64,000 bases of DNA from Porphyridium purpureum (Eukaryota). Where the stretch lies: contig VRMN01000010.1 of assembly GCA_008690995.1 (NCBI GenBank), positions 310,001 through 374,000 on the forward strand. The letters run 5' to 3'. The notes beneath the pieces are model-generated. The model did not search any database and had not been told where the DNA came from. It saw only the letters and a program-made list of their open reading frames with translations. A program made the position numbers and the translations under genes. Every line of letters begins with the position of its first letter. Positions within the stretch are counted from its first letter, which is position 1. Shown piece after piece: positions 38,205 through 48,247 of the stretch.

Positions 38205-39524
38205 ATGTGTCGATGGCTGTTACCGCTGAAGCGAATGCATGTCGAGTTCGGGACACGTCAGCTTCATGCGAGCGCGGCGTCAGCGAGGATAAAGATCACC
38301 TATGGGAAACAGAAACGTACCGCGGATCCGAAGGGTGGGAAAAGTCCTGCAAAGGTTGGTTCAAAGCGTCCTGCAGCTGTGAACGCTGCGGACAAGGCGA
38401 AGAAAACGACCCGCAAGAAGAAGAACGCTGGGTTTGATTTTGAGCTGAAGGAGTGGCCCGCATTCGGCGAACCGTCGGATAAGCAACCTGTTGCAGAAGA
38501 CAATCTAGAAGGTCCCTTTTACGCCGTGCGTGGGGGCCGGGACTCGTTCCGAGGCGTGGTGCTCAATGTTCTGGATTACAAGGCTTTGGTAGACGATATC
38601 ACATATGCAGAAGGGCGCTCAAAAAAGACGCTGGCCGAAGCGATTGATTGGAGCCTAAAATCCAGGCAGAACAGGAGCACGTGCTCGCAGTTCTTTGCGT
38701 TCCGCAATGGACTCGACGGCGCGCGCGGAATTACAGTGGCCTCTTTGGTTTTAAAAGGGGCGTTGTCGCGCGTGTCCTCGCCATCCCTGGAGAAATTTCG
38801 CTTCTGCAATATGACGCAGGCGCTTGTCTTTTGCCAGCAGGCCGGAACGAGCAACACAGATTGGCACACGTTGGAAGGCTCCGTCCGGTACCTGGCGAAA
38901 CATCCAAATGTATTCACACAGGACTTGGTGGCCGAGTTTGTTGTTCGAAAGGTCCAAGCTGCATTGAGAAAAGGCCGTTTGGACACGCTTCAAAAGCCGT
39001 TCTTCGCGGTACGCGGAGGTGTCGATTCGTTTCGAGGCATTGTTCTGCACAAGAAGCACTACGTGGCCTTGATGGAAATGGCAAGGCGCGCTGAAGGACG
39101 TTCCGTGTCAACGCTCGAGAAAGCAATGGAATTTTGCCTGGCTACGGAGCCGAATGAAAAAGCATGCACGCGCTTCTTTGCCTTCCGCAACGGACTGCAA
39201 GGTGCTCGCGGTATAGCGCTTGACAAGCAAGAGCTCAAGAGTCTGGTCGCGCGTGTCAGAACACCATGGCTTGAAATTTTCAAATTCAACAACATGACGC
39301 AGGCGCTCGTCTTTTGCGAACAAGCCGCAATCAAGGACTCTGACTGGAGCAGCCTGGAGGACTCTGTCCGATACTTGTCCCGACGTCCGAGTCGAAGCAC
39401 GCTTACCTTGATCGCAGAGTTTGTCGTCCGCAAGAATGATGCGCGTCTTGTGAGCCGCCACTTGCTTCTTGGTGGCGAAGCCTTGAGTGCGTTGTCGTCC
39501 GCAAGAATGATGCGCGTCTTGTGA
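38205..39524 (+). CDS. Double-HBD family member 18 (two tandem modules)
   Basis: RQLHASAAS; two closely similar PF[YF]AVRGG.DSFRG / FFAFRNGL.GARG / NMTQALVFC.QA units. Confidence 0.87.
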   Translation: MCRWLLPLKRMHVEFGTRQLHASAASARIKITYGKQKRTADPKGGKSPAKVGSKRPAAVNAADKAKKTTRKKKNAGFDFELKEWPAFGEPSDKQPVAEDNLEGPFYAVRGGRDSFRGVVLNVLDYKALVDDITYAEGRSKKTLAEAIDWSLKSRQNRSTCSQFFAFRNGLDGARGITVASLVLKGALSRVSSPSLEKFRFCNMTQALVFCQQAGTSNTDWHTLEGSVRYLAKHPNVFTQDLVAEFVVRKVQAALRKGRLDTLQKPFFAVRGGVDSFRGIVLHKKHYVALMEMARRAEGRSVSTLEKAMEFCLATEPNEKACTRFFAFRNGLQGARGIALDKQELKSLVARVRTPWLEIFKFNNMTQALVFCEQAAIKDSDWSSLEDSVRYLSRRPSRSTLTLIAEFVVRKNDARLVSRHLLLGGEALSALSSARMMRVL

Positions 39525-39554
39525 GCCGCCACTTGCTTCTTGGTGGCGAAGCCT
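39421..39554 (+). repeat. Perfect 63-bp direct repeat (39421-39483 and 39492-39554)
   Basis: ttgtcgtccgcaagaatgatgcgcgtcttgtgagccgccacttgcttcttggtggcgaagcct twice, 8-nt spacer. Confidence 0.92.
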
Positions 39555-39899
39555 GACAGTGCGTGTGGTCATCCATCGCATGCTGTTGTCGCGTCGCGGG
39601 GCCCACGACACGCGAAACCCGTTTGCCTAAGAAGCTGGGCAACAAACACTTCGGCTCGCAGAAGCCCAATTGCACTTCCTTCGCACGGCTACTACCTCAT
39701 GGCGCACTGTCATGGGACGTGCGGGCTCATCCCGCAAGCGCGTAGCGTCGCCTGCTTCTCGTACAAACTTCAAGACAATAAAGCCACAGCAGGCGCAAGT
39801 GACCAGCCCGGAAAAGCTCCAGGCAAGAACCACGGCGCGAGTGTCATTTGCGAGGACCGCAGCGTTCGATCGGACGTGGAGGGAATGGTCTGATGGAGA

Positions 39900-40610
39900 A
39901 TGATGTCTAGGTTGAGCTCGTTTGCAATCCTTTCGAGCCGCGCGTATGCGCGCCTAGGGGCCGGACGCTCGTTGCACACGAGCGACACGGTGCGCGGGTC
40001 GATGTTCGAACCGAGCCATTTCCCGCCGTCGCCGGAGGAGCTAGAAGCCAGGAAAAAGCCGAAGAAGCCGCGGCGCGACCCGTCGCACTTTCCGATCATT
40101 GCGGGCGCGCAGATGTGGCCAGACAGGCAAATGTCGGACTCGTTTTGGCCAACAGTGGATGAAGGCACGGATCATGAGGAGATCAAAGGTCCGTTCGCCG
40201 CAATTCAAATTGGCGCCGACTGCTTTCGTGGCGTAGTGATGAGCTGGGAAGAGGCGCGCGAGCTCACTGCTGGGTGCAATCGATCGTTTAAGCGTCCGAA
40301 GGACACCTTGAAAGAAGCAATGGAATTTTGCCTGGCTCCTCACAGTCGAGCGTGCACGCACTTTTTCGCCTTTCGGTATGGCTGTGGAGGTGCCCGAGGA
40401 TTCACGACCACGCAGAAACTGCTACACCGCTCAGTTGTGCGAATCAAGTCACCATATATCGAGAAGAAGCAGTTCAACAACACGACGCAGGCGCTGATCT
40501 TTTGCGAGCAGGCCGGAACCGATGACACAGATTGGCACACGCTGGAACGCTCCATCCGGTACTTGGTGCGAAACCCGGACCCGCCGACGCTAGAAATGGT
40601 GCGCAAATAA
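39900..40610 (+). CDS. Double-HBD family member 19 (probable premature stop at 40608; homology continues to 40724)
   Basis: RSLHTSD; GPFAAIQIGADCFRGVV; FFAFRYGCGGARG; TQALIFCEQAGT..DW; after TAA the frame reads LIYHPFQKIRPGPLP. Confidence 0.82.
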   Translation: MMSRLSSFAILSSRAYARLGAGRSLHTSDTVRGSMFEPSHFPPSPEELEARKKPKKPRRDPSHFPIIAGAQMWPDRQMSDSFWPTVDEGTDHEEIKGPFAAIQIGADCFRGVVMSWEEARELTAGCNRSFKRPKDTLKEAMEFCLAPHSRACTHFFAFRYGCGGARGFTTTQKLLHRSVVRIKSPYIEKKQFNNTTQALIFCEQAGTDDTDWHTLERSIRYLVRNPDPPTLEMVRK

Positions 40611-41106
40611 TTGATCTATCATCCGTTCCAAAAGATTCGCCCAGGTCCCTTGCCAGCAGGAGGCGAGATTAGTCAGAATCCACTCGATTACGGCACGGAT
40701 TGGAAGAATGGACATGATAACTGATTGACACGGCAGCCCTGAGCCCATCGCTCGCGAACACCATGTCCATGGCCGCCTGCAATTCGTCTCCCTGACGGCA
40801 TTTGGTCCCGGTTTCTGCTTTCGTGTCTGACGGAAGTTTGTTAGGTGTGCGTGTGAGAGATGCGATACAGGTAGACGACGTGTAAACTTGACCCTTAATC
40901 CTTCGCGCTTACGCGCTGCCGGAATTATCGCAGAGCATACTGCAGACCCTCAGAAACTCAGGGTGCCCGTCTCGACACAAGGCCTCGGCCGAGCTTGTGG
41001 CAGGCATTGGCGACACGCGACACAAAGTGGGTACCACAGCACCGGCGGCAAGCAAGGAATGTCGCGCGTCTGACACCTTGCGGTTGTAGTACGTCGTAGA
41101 GCAGGC

Positions 41107-42216
41107 ATGGCGGCGTGTCTTGCGCTACGAGCATGCGTCGATGCCGTCGCGCGGGAAACGCGCGCACTGGGTTGTGTAGCAAGAATGCACCCAGGTGGTT
41201 CGTGGCGACGACAGATTCATTCCAGCGGCTTGGCGTGCAAGAAGATCAACCCGCACGGGAAGTTCGTGTACCAGATCAGACAAGACACGCCATATTGGCC
41301 TCCGCGCATCGAAGGCTTCGAGCCGGTGGATAGCTCGGCGCAGGACGACGGGCCGTTGCCACGAGAACTCCCGGAAAAATTTTACGGGGTTCGGGTCGGG
41401 CGTAGTGGTTTTCGCGGCATTGTGTTGAGGTACATGGAGATGCAGGAGCTGATCCTCAAAGTGCCGCGAGCGCAGCATCGCTCGGAGAAGTCAATTCAGG
41501 CCGCGATCAATTACGTCTTGGCATATGTTCGCAAGGCCTCAAATGTGTTTTTCGCCTTTCGATACGGCCGGGACGGCGCGCGAGGGATCGCGACAAAACA
41601 CTACATTTTCGATGGCATCTTGCCGCGCATTGAAAAGCCCACACTCGAAGCGTTTCAGTTTAACAACGCAACGCAAGCGCTGGTATTCTGCCAGCAGGCG
41701 GGTTCCGTCGACACGCACTGGCAAACCATGGCGAGCTCCGTTCGGTTCCTAGCGAATAATTTGAACCTGAACGTTCCAGAAAGGTATCACCGGCTTTGGG
41801 TCAACGCGGTAGATGCTGACTTTGAGAGCGGACCAGTTCCAAGTGCTTCTCTTAAGGCTGCGAAGCCATCGCCTCCGCCTGTAAAGTACTTGCGGGTGCT
41901 CTCGCCGCCAGAGGAGCGCGAGCGCTTGAGAGCTCGTCGTAGGGCCTTCTTGGTTCTGAAAGATGCCATGGAAGGAGGCGAGCCACTGGAAGCCCCGAGG
42001 TTCACAGATCCGAGCGTTCTGACTGATCGCCTTTTGCCTCGAGAATTGGCGCCAGCATCTGCGGTCGGCGGAACTAGCGGTTATTTAGACAGTGACCCGG
42101 TTGATCCTGCCGCAGGGACGGTACAAAGAAAGGAGCAGGTATCGCGCTCCGTCGAGCGGAAGGTTCAACGTTTAAGAGAAGTCAAACTGCAGACTCCGAC
42201 TCCAGACCCCGACTGA
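41107..42216 (+). CDS. Double-HBD family member 20
   Basis: RRQIHSSG; FYGVRVGRSGFRGIV; FFAFRYGRDGARG; NATQALVFCQQAGS. Confidence 0.87.
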   Translation: MAACLALRACVDAVARETRALGCVARMHPGGSWRRQIHSSGLACKKINPHGKFVYQIRQDTPYWPPRIEGFEPVDSSAQDDGPLPRELPEKFYGVRVGRSGFRGIVLRYMEMQELILKVPRAQHRSEKSIQAAINYVLAYVRKASNVFFAFRYGRDGARGIATKHYIFDGILPRIEKPTLEAFQFNNATQALVFCQQAGSVDTHWQTMASSVRFLANNLNLNVPERYHRLWVNAVDADFESGPVPSASLKAAKPSPPPVKYLRVLSPPEERERLRARRRAFLVLKDAMEGGEPLEAPRFTDPSVLTDRLLPRELAPASAVGGTSGYLDSDPVDPAAGTVQRKEQVSRSVERKVQRLREVKLQTPTPDPD

Positions 42217-43872
42217 CCCCGACCGAGCAGATACGTAGGATGCGAAGTCTCAATGCGAGCTGAATTGCTGCTGCTAGGACAACTTTCAGACCGCACCTCG
42301 AAGTCGCCGCTACAATCTGACGTGGCTTCCTGTGCAGAATTGTTGCAGGCTTGCCACCGGCCGATTGATTTAGATCAAAACGTTGCGACGTTTGGACTTG
42401 CGAGGCAGCAGTGCGAGAAGCGAGGTTTTGCTCTAAAGTAAGATGTTACGAAGCGGCGTGGTGAGGACGTTCTGTCAATGATATGCGATATTGGATCCAA
42501 TTGCCGCGGCCCACGTCTGAAGGTTTGCTCCATTTCCTATGGCATTACAGACCTTCTTTCCGGGGTTTTTGGCTGCCATTTAAAGGATGACGCGTGCACG
42601 CGTCGTACGCTAAACATTCGAAAGGGGTATCACCAAGTATAAGCACAAGCACTCGAGTGGTTACAAAGGAAGAGCCGAATTGCATGCAACTTTGTCGCCT
42701 CACAAACTCTCACACGCGCGCACGTGCACGAGCGCAGACGGAAGCAACGATCACGGAAAAATGTTATTAGCCAAACTTCACCGCAATGCCTGTGATACAC
42801 AGTCTCGGTCCATGCCCTTTTTCACAGAGATAACCAGGCTCGCGTGTTGGCATGGCGACCGTCACGTGAGTGAGCGATTAAACGTGTAGTGTAAACCAGA
42901 CGCTTCTATGGCATTCCGTTTTCCTGTGTCCGCTGCAACGCTTTTTGCCAATTACTGTAGGATGAAATAACCGTGAACAAGACCTTCACCTCATGGCGGG
43001 CAGGAACGCATCGATACACAAACAACTGGTTTTGATGCCATCTCACCAACAAGCCAAGACAACGTTACGCGTGCAACGTGTCACACAAAGCCGCTCAGTC
43101 CTGAGAAGACACATCAGGTCATTTTTCTGGACATTTCACGCTGACAATTCATACCTCTGCGACACGCCAAAAACTGATTCTATGCGAATTTCATCATGCG
43201 CGACAAGACCTTATTGATTGCTGGTTGGGCTCATTCTTTCATTTTGTGGGCCCATTGCGAGGTGTCGTTGCGATAATTCCGGGATGTCTCGCCGAGCATA
43301 TCGTCTAGCAGCGTCCGAGGGAACCAGCTGATTGCCGACCGTCAAGTCTTGTGCCCCGCCATTGGTCCTGTGAAGACTAGCTCACATATTCCATCACGCA
43401 GGTTTGGATCCAACTGCACAAGCTTAGCTGACGATCGTTTGCTCTTCTTTTCTGCTTTATCCTGCGTTCCAACACGGCACAGCTGCATCCAGCTCGCGCG
43501 GCGTCGCGCCATTCTTATTCCATACCCATCACGCCGTGCGTATCCGCTGGTTCCGACGCGCGCCTTCTTCAAGCACCGCGTTTTTCTCTGACAGGCACAC
43601 ACAAGCCAGACAAAGTCGACTATCTGCGTCTGTAGCGTAGGGCGCAGACACATTCGGCAGCATGAGTGGAACAAAGATGAGTCGACGGCAGCCTTTAACT
43701 GCGGCACGGGTGACAGCAGCGGCAACGGCGGCGTCGGCGGCGGGGCGGCAGTTGCGCTTGACAACCACCGCTCAAAGTGTCGCGTGCCGTGCTTTCCAAA
43801 TTTTCCGCGGCGGGTGTACAGCGCAAGATTTTCATATGGTACAGTGATAGGTGTACAGCTTATGAAGTGTAC

Positions 43873-43920
43873 ACAACTCGACAACTCGACAACTCGACTT
43901 ATCGACTTATCGACTTATCG
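43873..43920. repeat. 8-bp tandem repeat (ACAACTCG)x3 (ACTTATCG)x3
   Basis: Read directly from the sequence. Confidence 0.85.
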
Positions 43921-44014
43921 GTTCCGCTTTTTGAACGTTTGAACGGCGCGACGCATTGGTGGACGCGAGCGACAGAAGAGGAAGCAAGAGAATGAAGGAG
44001 CCTTTCTGCTGCTC

Positions 44015-44037
44015 TGTGTGTGTGTGTGTGTGTGTGT
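44015..44037. repeat. (TG)n microsatellite
   Basis: tgtgtgtgtgtgtgtgtgtgtgt. Confidence 0.8.
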
Positions 44038-44083
44038 TTGAGTGTTTGGATATGTCTCTAGACGCAGACATGCAACTCGGCGC

Positions 44084-44274
44084 AGAGTGTATTGCAATTG
44101 AGGTCCTTCGCGCAGGCCGCGCGACAGTGCCAAGTGGAAAAGATATTAGTGTGGTATGTCTGTGTGTGTTGGCCGAGGCATGACGTTCAGCTTAGAGTGT
44201 TTGGTCATTGAGGTCCCGCGCGCGGGCTGCGCGGCAGTGCCAGGTGGAATAGGTATCTTTGTGCTATCTGTGTG
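44084..44274. repeat. Imperfect ~80-bp direct repeat, period ~110 bp
   Basis: agagtgt...attgaggtcc..cgcgc.ggc.gcgcg.cagtgcca.gtggaa.ag.tat...tctgtgtg at 44084 and 44194. Confidence 0.7.
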
Positions 44275-45657
44275 ATGCGTCGAGGTTTTGCGGGTTCGCG
44301 GGGAATATCGGCAGGGAAGCGGAGAGTTATCTTCAAGCACGATGATGGTTCCTCACGCGCGAAGCAAAGGTAAATAACTTGTGTGTGGATTAGTGGCCGC
44401 AGTAAAATGGGCACGCAAAGTGCGAGCGCAGCGATGCAATCGAGTACGGTCTGGGTTCATGTGAGATGGCGTGCGTTCTGCATGCAGAATGCGGATTCAG
44501 GCGACAAGTACGGGCCAATTGCAAACGATTGAAAGGATTCAAATCAGTACATACGCCGAAGACTGTGACCTGCGCGACGCTTCTAGAGATGATGCAGTTT
44601 CACCGTTCTCAAGGACACGGTGCTGCAGTTCGCATAGAGGTTATCAGGAATAGAGTGTGCGCGGCAGAGTCGCTTCACGTGCGGCCATGGATTCCTTTCA
44701 CAACTCGGGCGTTTGTAGCTATCCCAAGTGCACAGCAAAGCGCCATGCTCACTGGCCGGATCTTGTGTGCAGCGAAAAATGAAGCTCCAATTGTGGACGT
44801 CATCGTCAGAGGAGCCGCTTTAGAAGGTGACACAAGGAATCCAAGCAGCTAAGTGATCCGCGCAGAAGGTTGGAGGGTTCTTGTTGTTTATCTCCCAGGC
44901 AGTGGATCAGCAATGCTCTGAAAGCTTAAGGCCCGAGCGTGCACCTTTCATTCACAAGTGACGCATCAATAATCACGGATTTCACAAGGCAATCCGACAT
45001 TGGATTCCTGCTGGTTACGCGCAAGGCGGAAGCTCATTCGATACGTGCTTCTTCACATCCCACCCAACCGGCTACAAGCATTCTTTTTCCGGACACCAGA
45101 GCCGTTTGCGTCTACTGCGTGTGACAAGCGCGGTTTCGCGGTTTCGAGCTGCTGTTTGCTTTACCCACGCCGGCTCCAATTGCTGGTGGATGAGTGGTAG
45201 AGTGCCTCTGAGGAATGCTACCCCATCTGCAAATGAGGCTGAGCTATCCACGATGCAGCATCAGAATGGAAGAGATAGGAAACGAGGCCTTGCAAATGCT
45301 CAGCAACACGTTTTGCCAGAGCGCTGTGCTTCTCCTGCGCAGTTTTTGTGATAAAGCCCACCCGAAATTTGGCCCGACAAAGCCTGCAGGACACAAACCT
45401 TGCTACTGCGTGCATCCGGGGCCATGCTCATGCGCGATCTACGTGCGGCACGTCGCACTGACCGACGTTCTCTTGAAGGTCGGTCTCAGATTAGATTACG
45501 TACAAGAGTAGAGCTACGCGATCTTTGTCCTTCGTCATCCGGGACAGCTGCCTTCTCTGGGAACGCACCAGCCACGAACCGAAGCCGACGCCTTCGCGCT
45601 TGACAACGACGGTTTCTCGCTCCTCCGTGAGCTGCCCAAGAAGTTCTCAAAGAGCGC

Positions 45658-47250
45658 ATGGCATTCAAGTCGGCACGGGCCTGGGCGCGCGCGCTCGTCG
45701 ATTGGCGTGAGGCATGTCCGGGCCGACTTGGTGCCCGCAACAGCCGGCGGAGCTTCTCGACTTGTTCCTCAAGTGGTGCGTGGTGGCACCTTGGTGAAAG
45801 GCCCTGGTATGTCGAAGGGAAAGAACGCGACTGGCGGCTGCGATGGCGTACCGAAGCGTCGTATGTGTTTCATGTGATTCGGCGGTTGCAGACAAGTTAT
45901 AAAGGCCCTCCAAAAGACGATTTGATGAACCCTGAACCGTGCACCTTTGTGGACGACAGGCCGCCAATAGACAAATGGCACAAGTACACCGGCGCTGAGG
46001 TCCCAGCTGTCGAAGGCGCTGTCAAGTGGCCGCATGTGAGCACTGATGGTCAAGTTGCAGGGTCACCGGACGCGCTTATTGGCCCATTCTACGCGATCCG
46101 GAAGGGGAAGGATAAGTTTCGGGGCGTGGTCTTGTCCAAGGAGGAGCATACAGAGCTGATGCAGGATGTCAAATTATCGTATGGGCGCAGGTTTCGGACG
46201 CTTCCGGAGGCCATGGCGTTCTGCTTGCAGCATAGCTTGAATTCTTCTCATCGCTTTTTCGCCTTTCGGCATGGCTGTAAAGGAGCTCGCGGGCTGGCAC
46301 GTTCCAAAAAGGTTTTCGTGCAGGTGCTGCCGCGAGTCTCTTCACGCCACATTGAGAAAATGGAGTTCAGCAACATGACGCAGGCGCTCGTCTTTTGTGA
46401 ACAAGCGGGGACTTCAGACACGGAATGGGAGACACTCGAAGGTTCGATAAGGTTTCTTGGCAAAAATCAATTCCACGACGTGGACACGCTCAGTCTGATA
46501 TCAAAGTTCATGATCCGGAATGCCGAACGTGATCTACCCCCAACATGCCCAATCCAAGAGAAGAAAATTCGACCTTTTGGCTTTCTGAATGCGGTCAAAT
46601 GGCCGCACAAGCGTCTCGATGAGGCGGACGAAACCGACAGCTCTACCGATCCCAAAGGTCCATTCTTTGTGGTCCAGCTCGGGCGCGAAAAGTTTCGTGG
46701 CATAGTCCTAAAGGCCACAGAGTATGTGAACTTGATACGCGCTGTGAGGGCTTCCAGTGGAAGCAAGGAGCCCAGGTTCTCTGTAGCTCTCGTCAAGTGC
46801 ATGAATCCAGTACGGACACCAACAAAGCGTGGAGACCACTCTTGGTACATTTTTCTAGCGTTTAGGTATGGGTTGGATGGTGCGCGAGGCATTTTACGAA
46901 CACGGAAGGCCTTCAAAACCGTTATTCTTCGAGTCGAAGCGCGTGGACTCGAAAAGGCAGAGTTCGACAATATGACACAAGCGCTTCTCTTTTGTGAGCA
47001 GGCGGGAACTTTGAACACCGACTGGCAGACGCTGCGCAGCGCGGTCTGCTTTCTGGAGAAAAATCCAGAGGTCGATACGCCGACCATGATTCAAAAATAC
47101 GTCATCAAGAATACAGAAATTGCTATTCCGAGCGGACCAGCTCCGCTCAAGATGAAGGGAAAGGCTCGCAAATTTGATCGAAAGAAAGCTATTCGAAAGA
47201 AGAACGAAGCTTTACAAAGAGAAAGCTCAAAGGTGGCCTTAAGTACGTAA
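45658..47250 (+). CDS. Double-HBD family member 21 (two modules)
   Basis: RRSFSTCSS presequence; two AVKWPH...GPF[YF]...FRG / F[FL]AFR.G..GARG / NMTQAL.FCEQAGT units. Confidence 0.87.
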   Translation: MAFKSARAWARALVDWREACPGRLGARNSRRSFSTCSSSGAWWHLGERPWYVEGKERDWRLRWRTEASYVFHVIRRLQTSYKGPPKDDLMNPEPCTFVDDRPPIDKWHKYTGAEVPAVEGAVKWPHVSTDGQVAGSPDALIGPFYAIRKGKDKFRGVVLSKEEHTELMQDVKLSYGRRFRTLPEAMAFCLQHSLNSSHRFFAFRHGCKGARGLARSKKVFVQVLPRVSSRHIEKMEFSNMTQALVFCEQAGTSDTEWETLEGSIRFLGKNQFHDVDTLSLISKFMIRNAERDLPPTCPIQEKKIRPFGFLNAVKWPHKRLDEADETDSSTDPKGPFFVVQLGREKFRGIVLKATEYVNLIRAVRASSGSKEPRFSVALVKCMNPVRTPTKRGDHSWYIFLAFRYGLDGARGILRTRKAFKTVILRVEARGLEKAEFDNMTQALLFCEQAGTLNTDWQTLRSAVCFLEKNPEVDTPTMIQKYVIKNTEIAIPSGPAPLKMKGKARKFDRKKAIRKKNEALQRESSKVALST

Positions 47251-48247
47251 AATGCGAAGACATGGTGCTTTCTGTCGTGGCCATCTCGCAAGAGAAAGGC
47301 GTGAAGGACTTGCTTACGAGACGGATATTGTAAATAGCTAGGAGCCAGCTGTGCGACGCGCTGGACTCCAAGGAAGGGTTCCTGCTAGCCGAGGCCCTCG
47401 AGCGAGACCTCGTTCCGGACTACGCACGTTAGGATCTTCCGAACGAGTTTGAATCAGAGAACGGAGCCATGTGATACACAAATCAAAACAGACGTGACCA
47501 TTTTCACAAAAAACAACAATGACAAAAGAAAAAGGACGATCTCGCAGCGTCAGCGGGCGAATGCCAGTCGCCGTTACCGACCAGAGTATCGCGTGACCGG
47601 CACTGCTTCCTGTGTGCAGGTGCATGTTGACATACATGCTTGGCAGAACGCAAGCAGCCAGACACACACTCCTCGTGAGCCGTCTCCGAGCGTGATCGTG
47701 AGTCACAGGCTTTCTACGCAAGTGGTATACGTTCAGGTCCCAAGATCATCTCGTGTCCTTCGTTTTGGGGAAAAAGTACCGTTCGGCCTTGTCGGACTCT
47801 CGAGCTGGCGACTAGCTAGCAGCGCGGCAAGCGAAGCCACGTCCGGCAGACTCCAAAAGACGCGAATGCGTAGCTGACCAACCATCGGGAGCTCAGGACG
47901 CAAGACAACTTAGCAATTAGCGTCAATGGGGACCGCGAAAGACCTGCCTGGCTAACTTTGCATTCTCACGCTCGACCAATTGGGTAAAGGCTCTGTAGTT
48001 CGGGTCTTCGCCACTGTCACAGCGAGACGAGCTAGCTCGTCCGCGTTGGCCCCCTCGAAGCCATTATCTTACACTTGAGTGCTCAGCACACGGGTTCTCC
48101 GCCAACGGCATTCATCCCTGTACCCGCGGCGAGGCCTGCCCTTGAACAGGACGCCGCCGCTCCCAAAGCCATCGCAACTCCGACGGCAAGCGACGACTGC
48201 AGCTTTCGTCCAGAAAAGAACAAAAGGCAACAAGCCGACAGGCCACC

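Noticed and set aside
43342..43884. 180-aa minus-strand ORF with a YARRDGYGIR stretch loosely like FAR1/MULE domains
   Set aside because: Similarity too short and no transposase motifs; probably spurious
43873..44274. CRISPR-like array
   Set aside because: Repeats are contiguous or only two copies, with no repeat-spacer pattern and no cas genes; eukaryotic context
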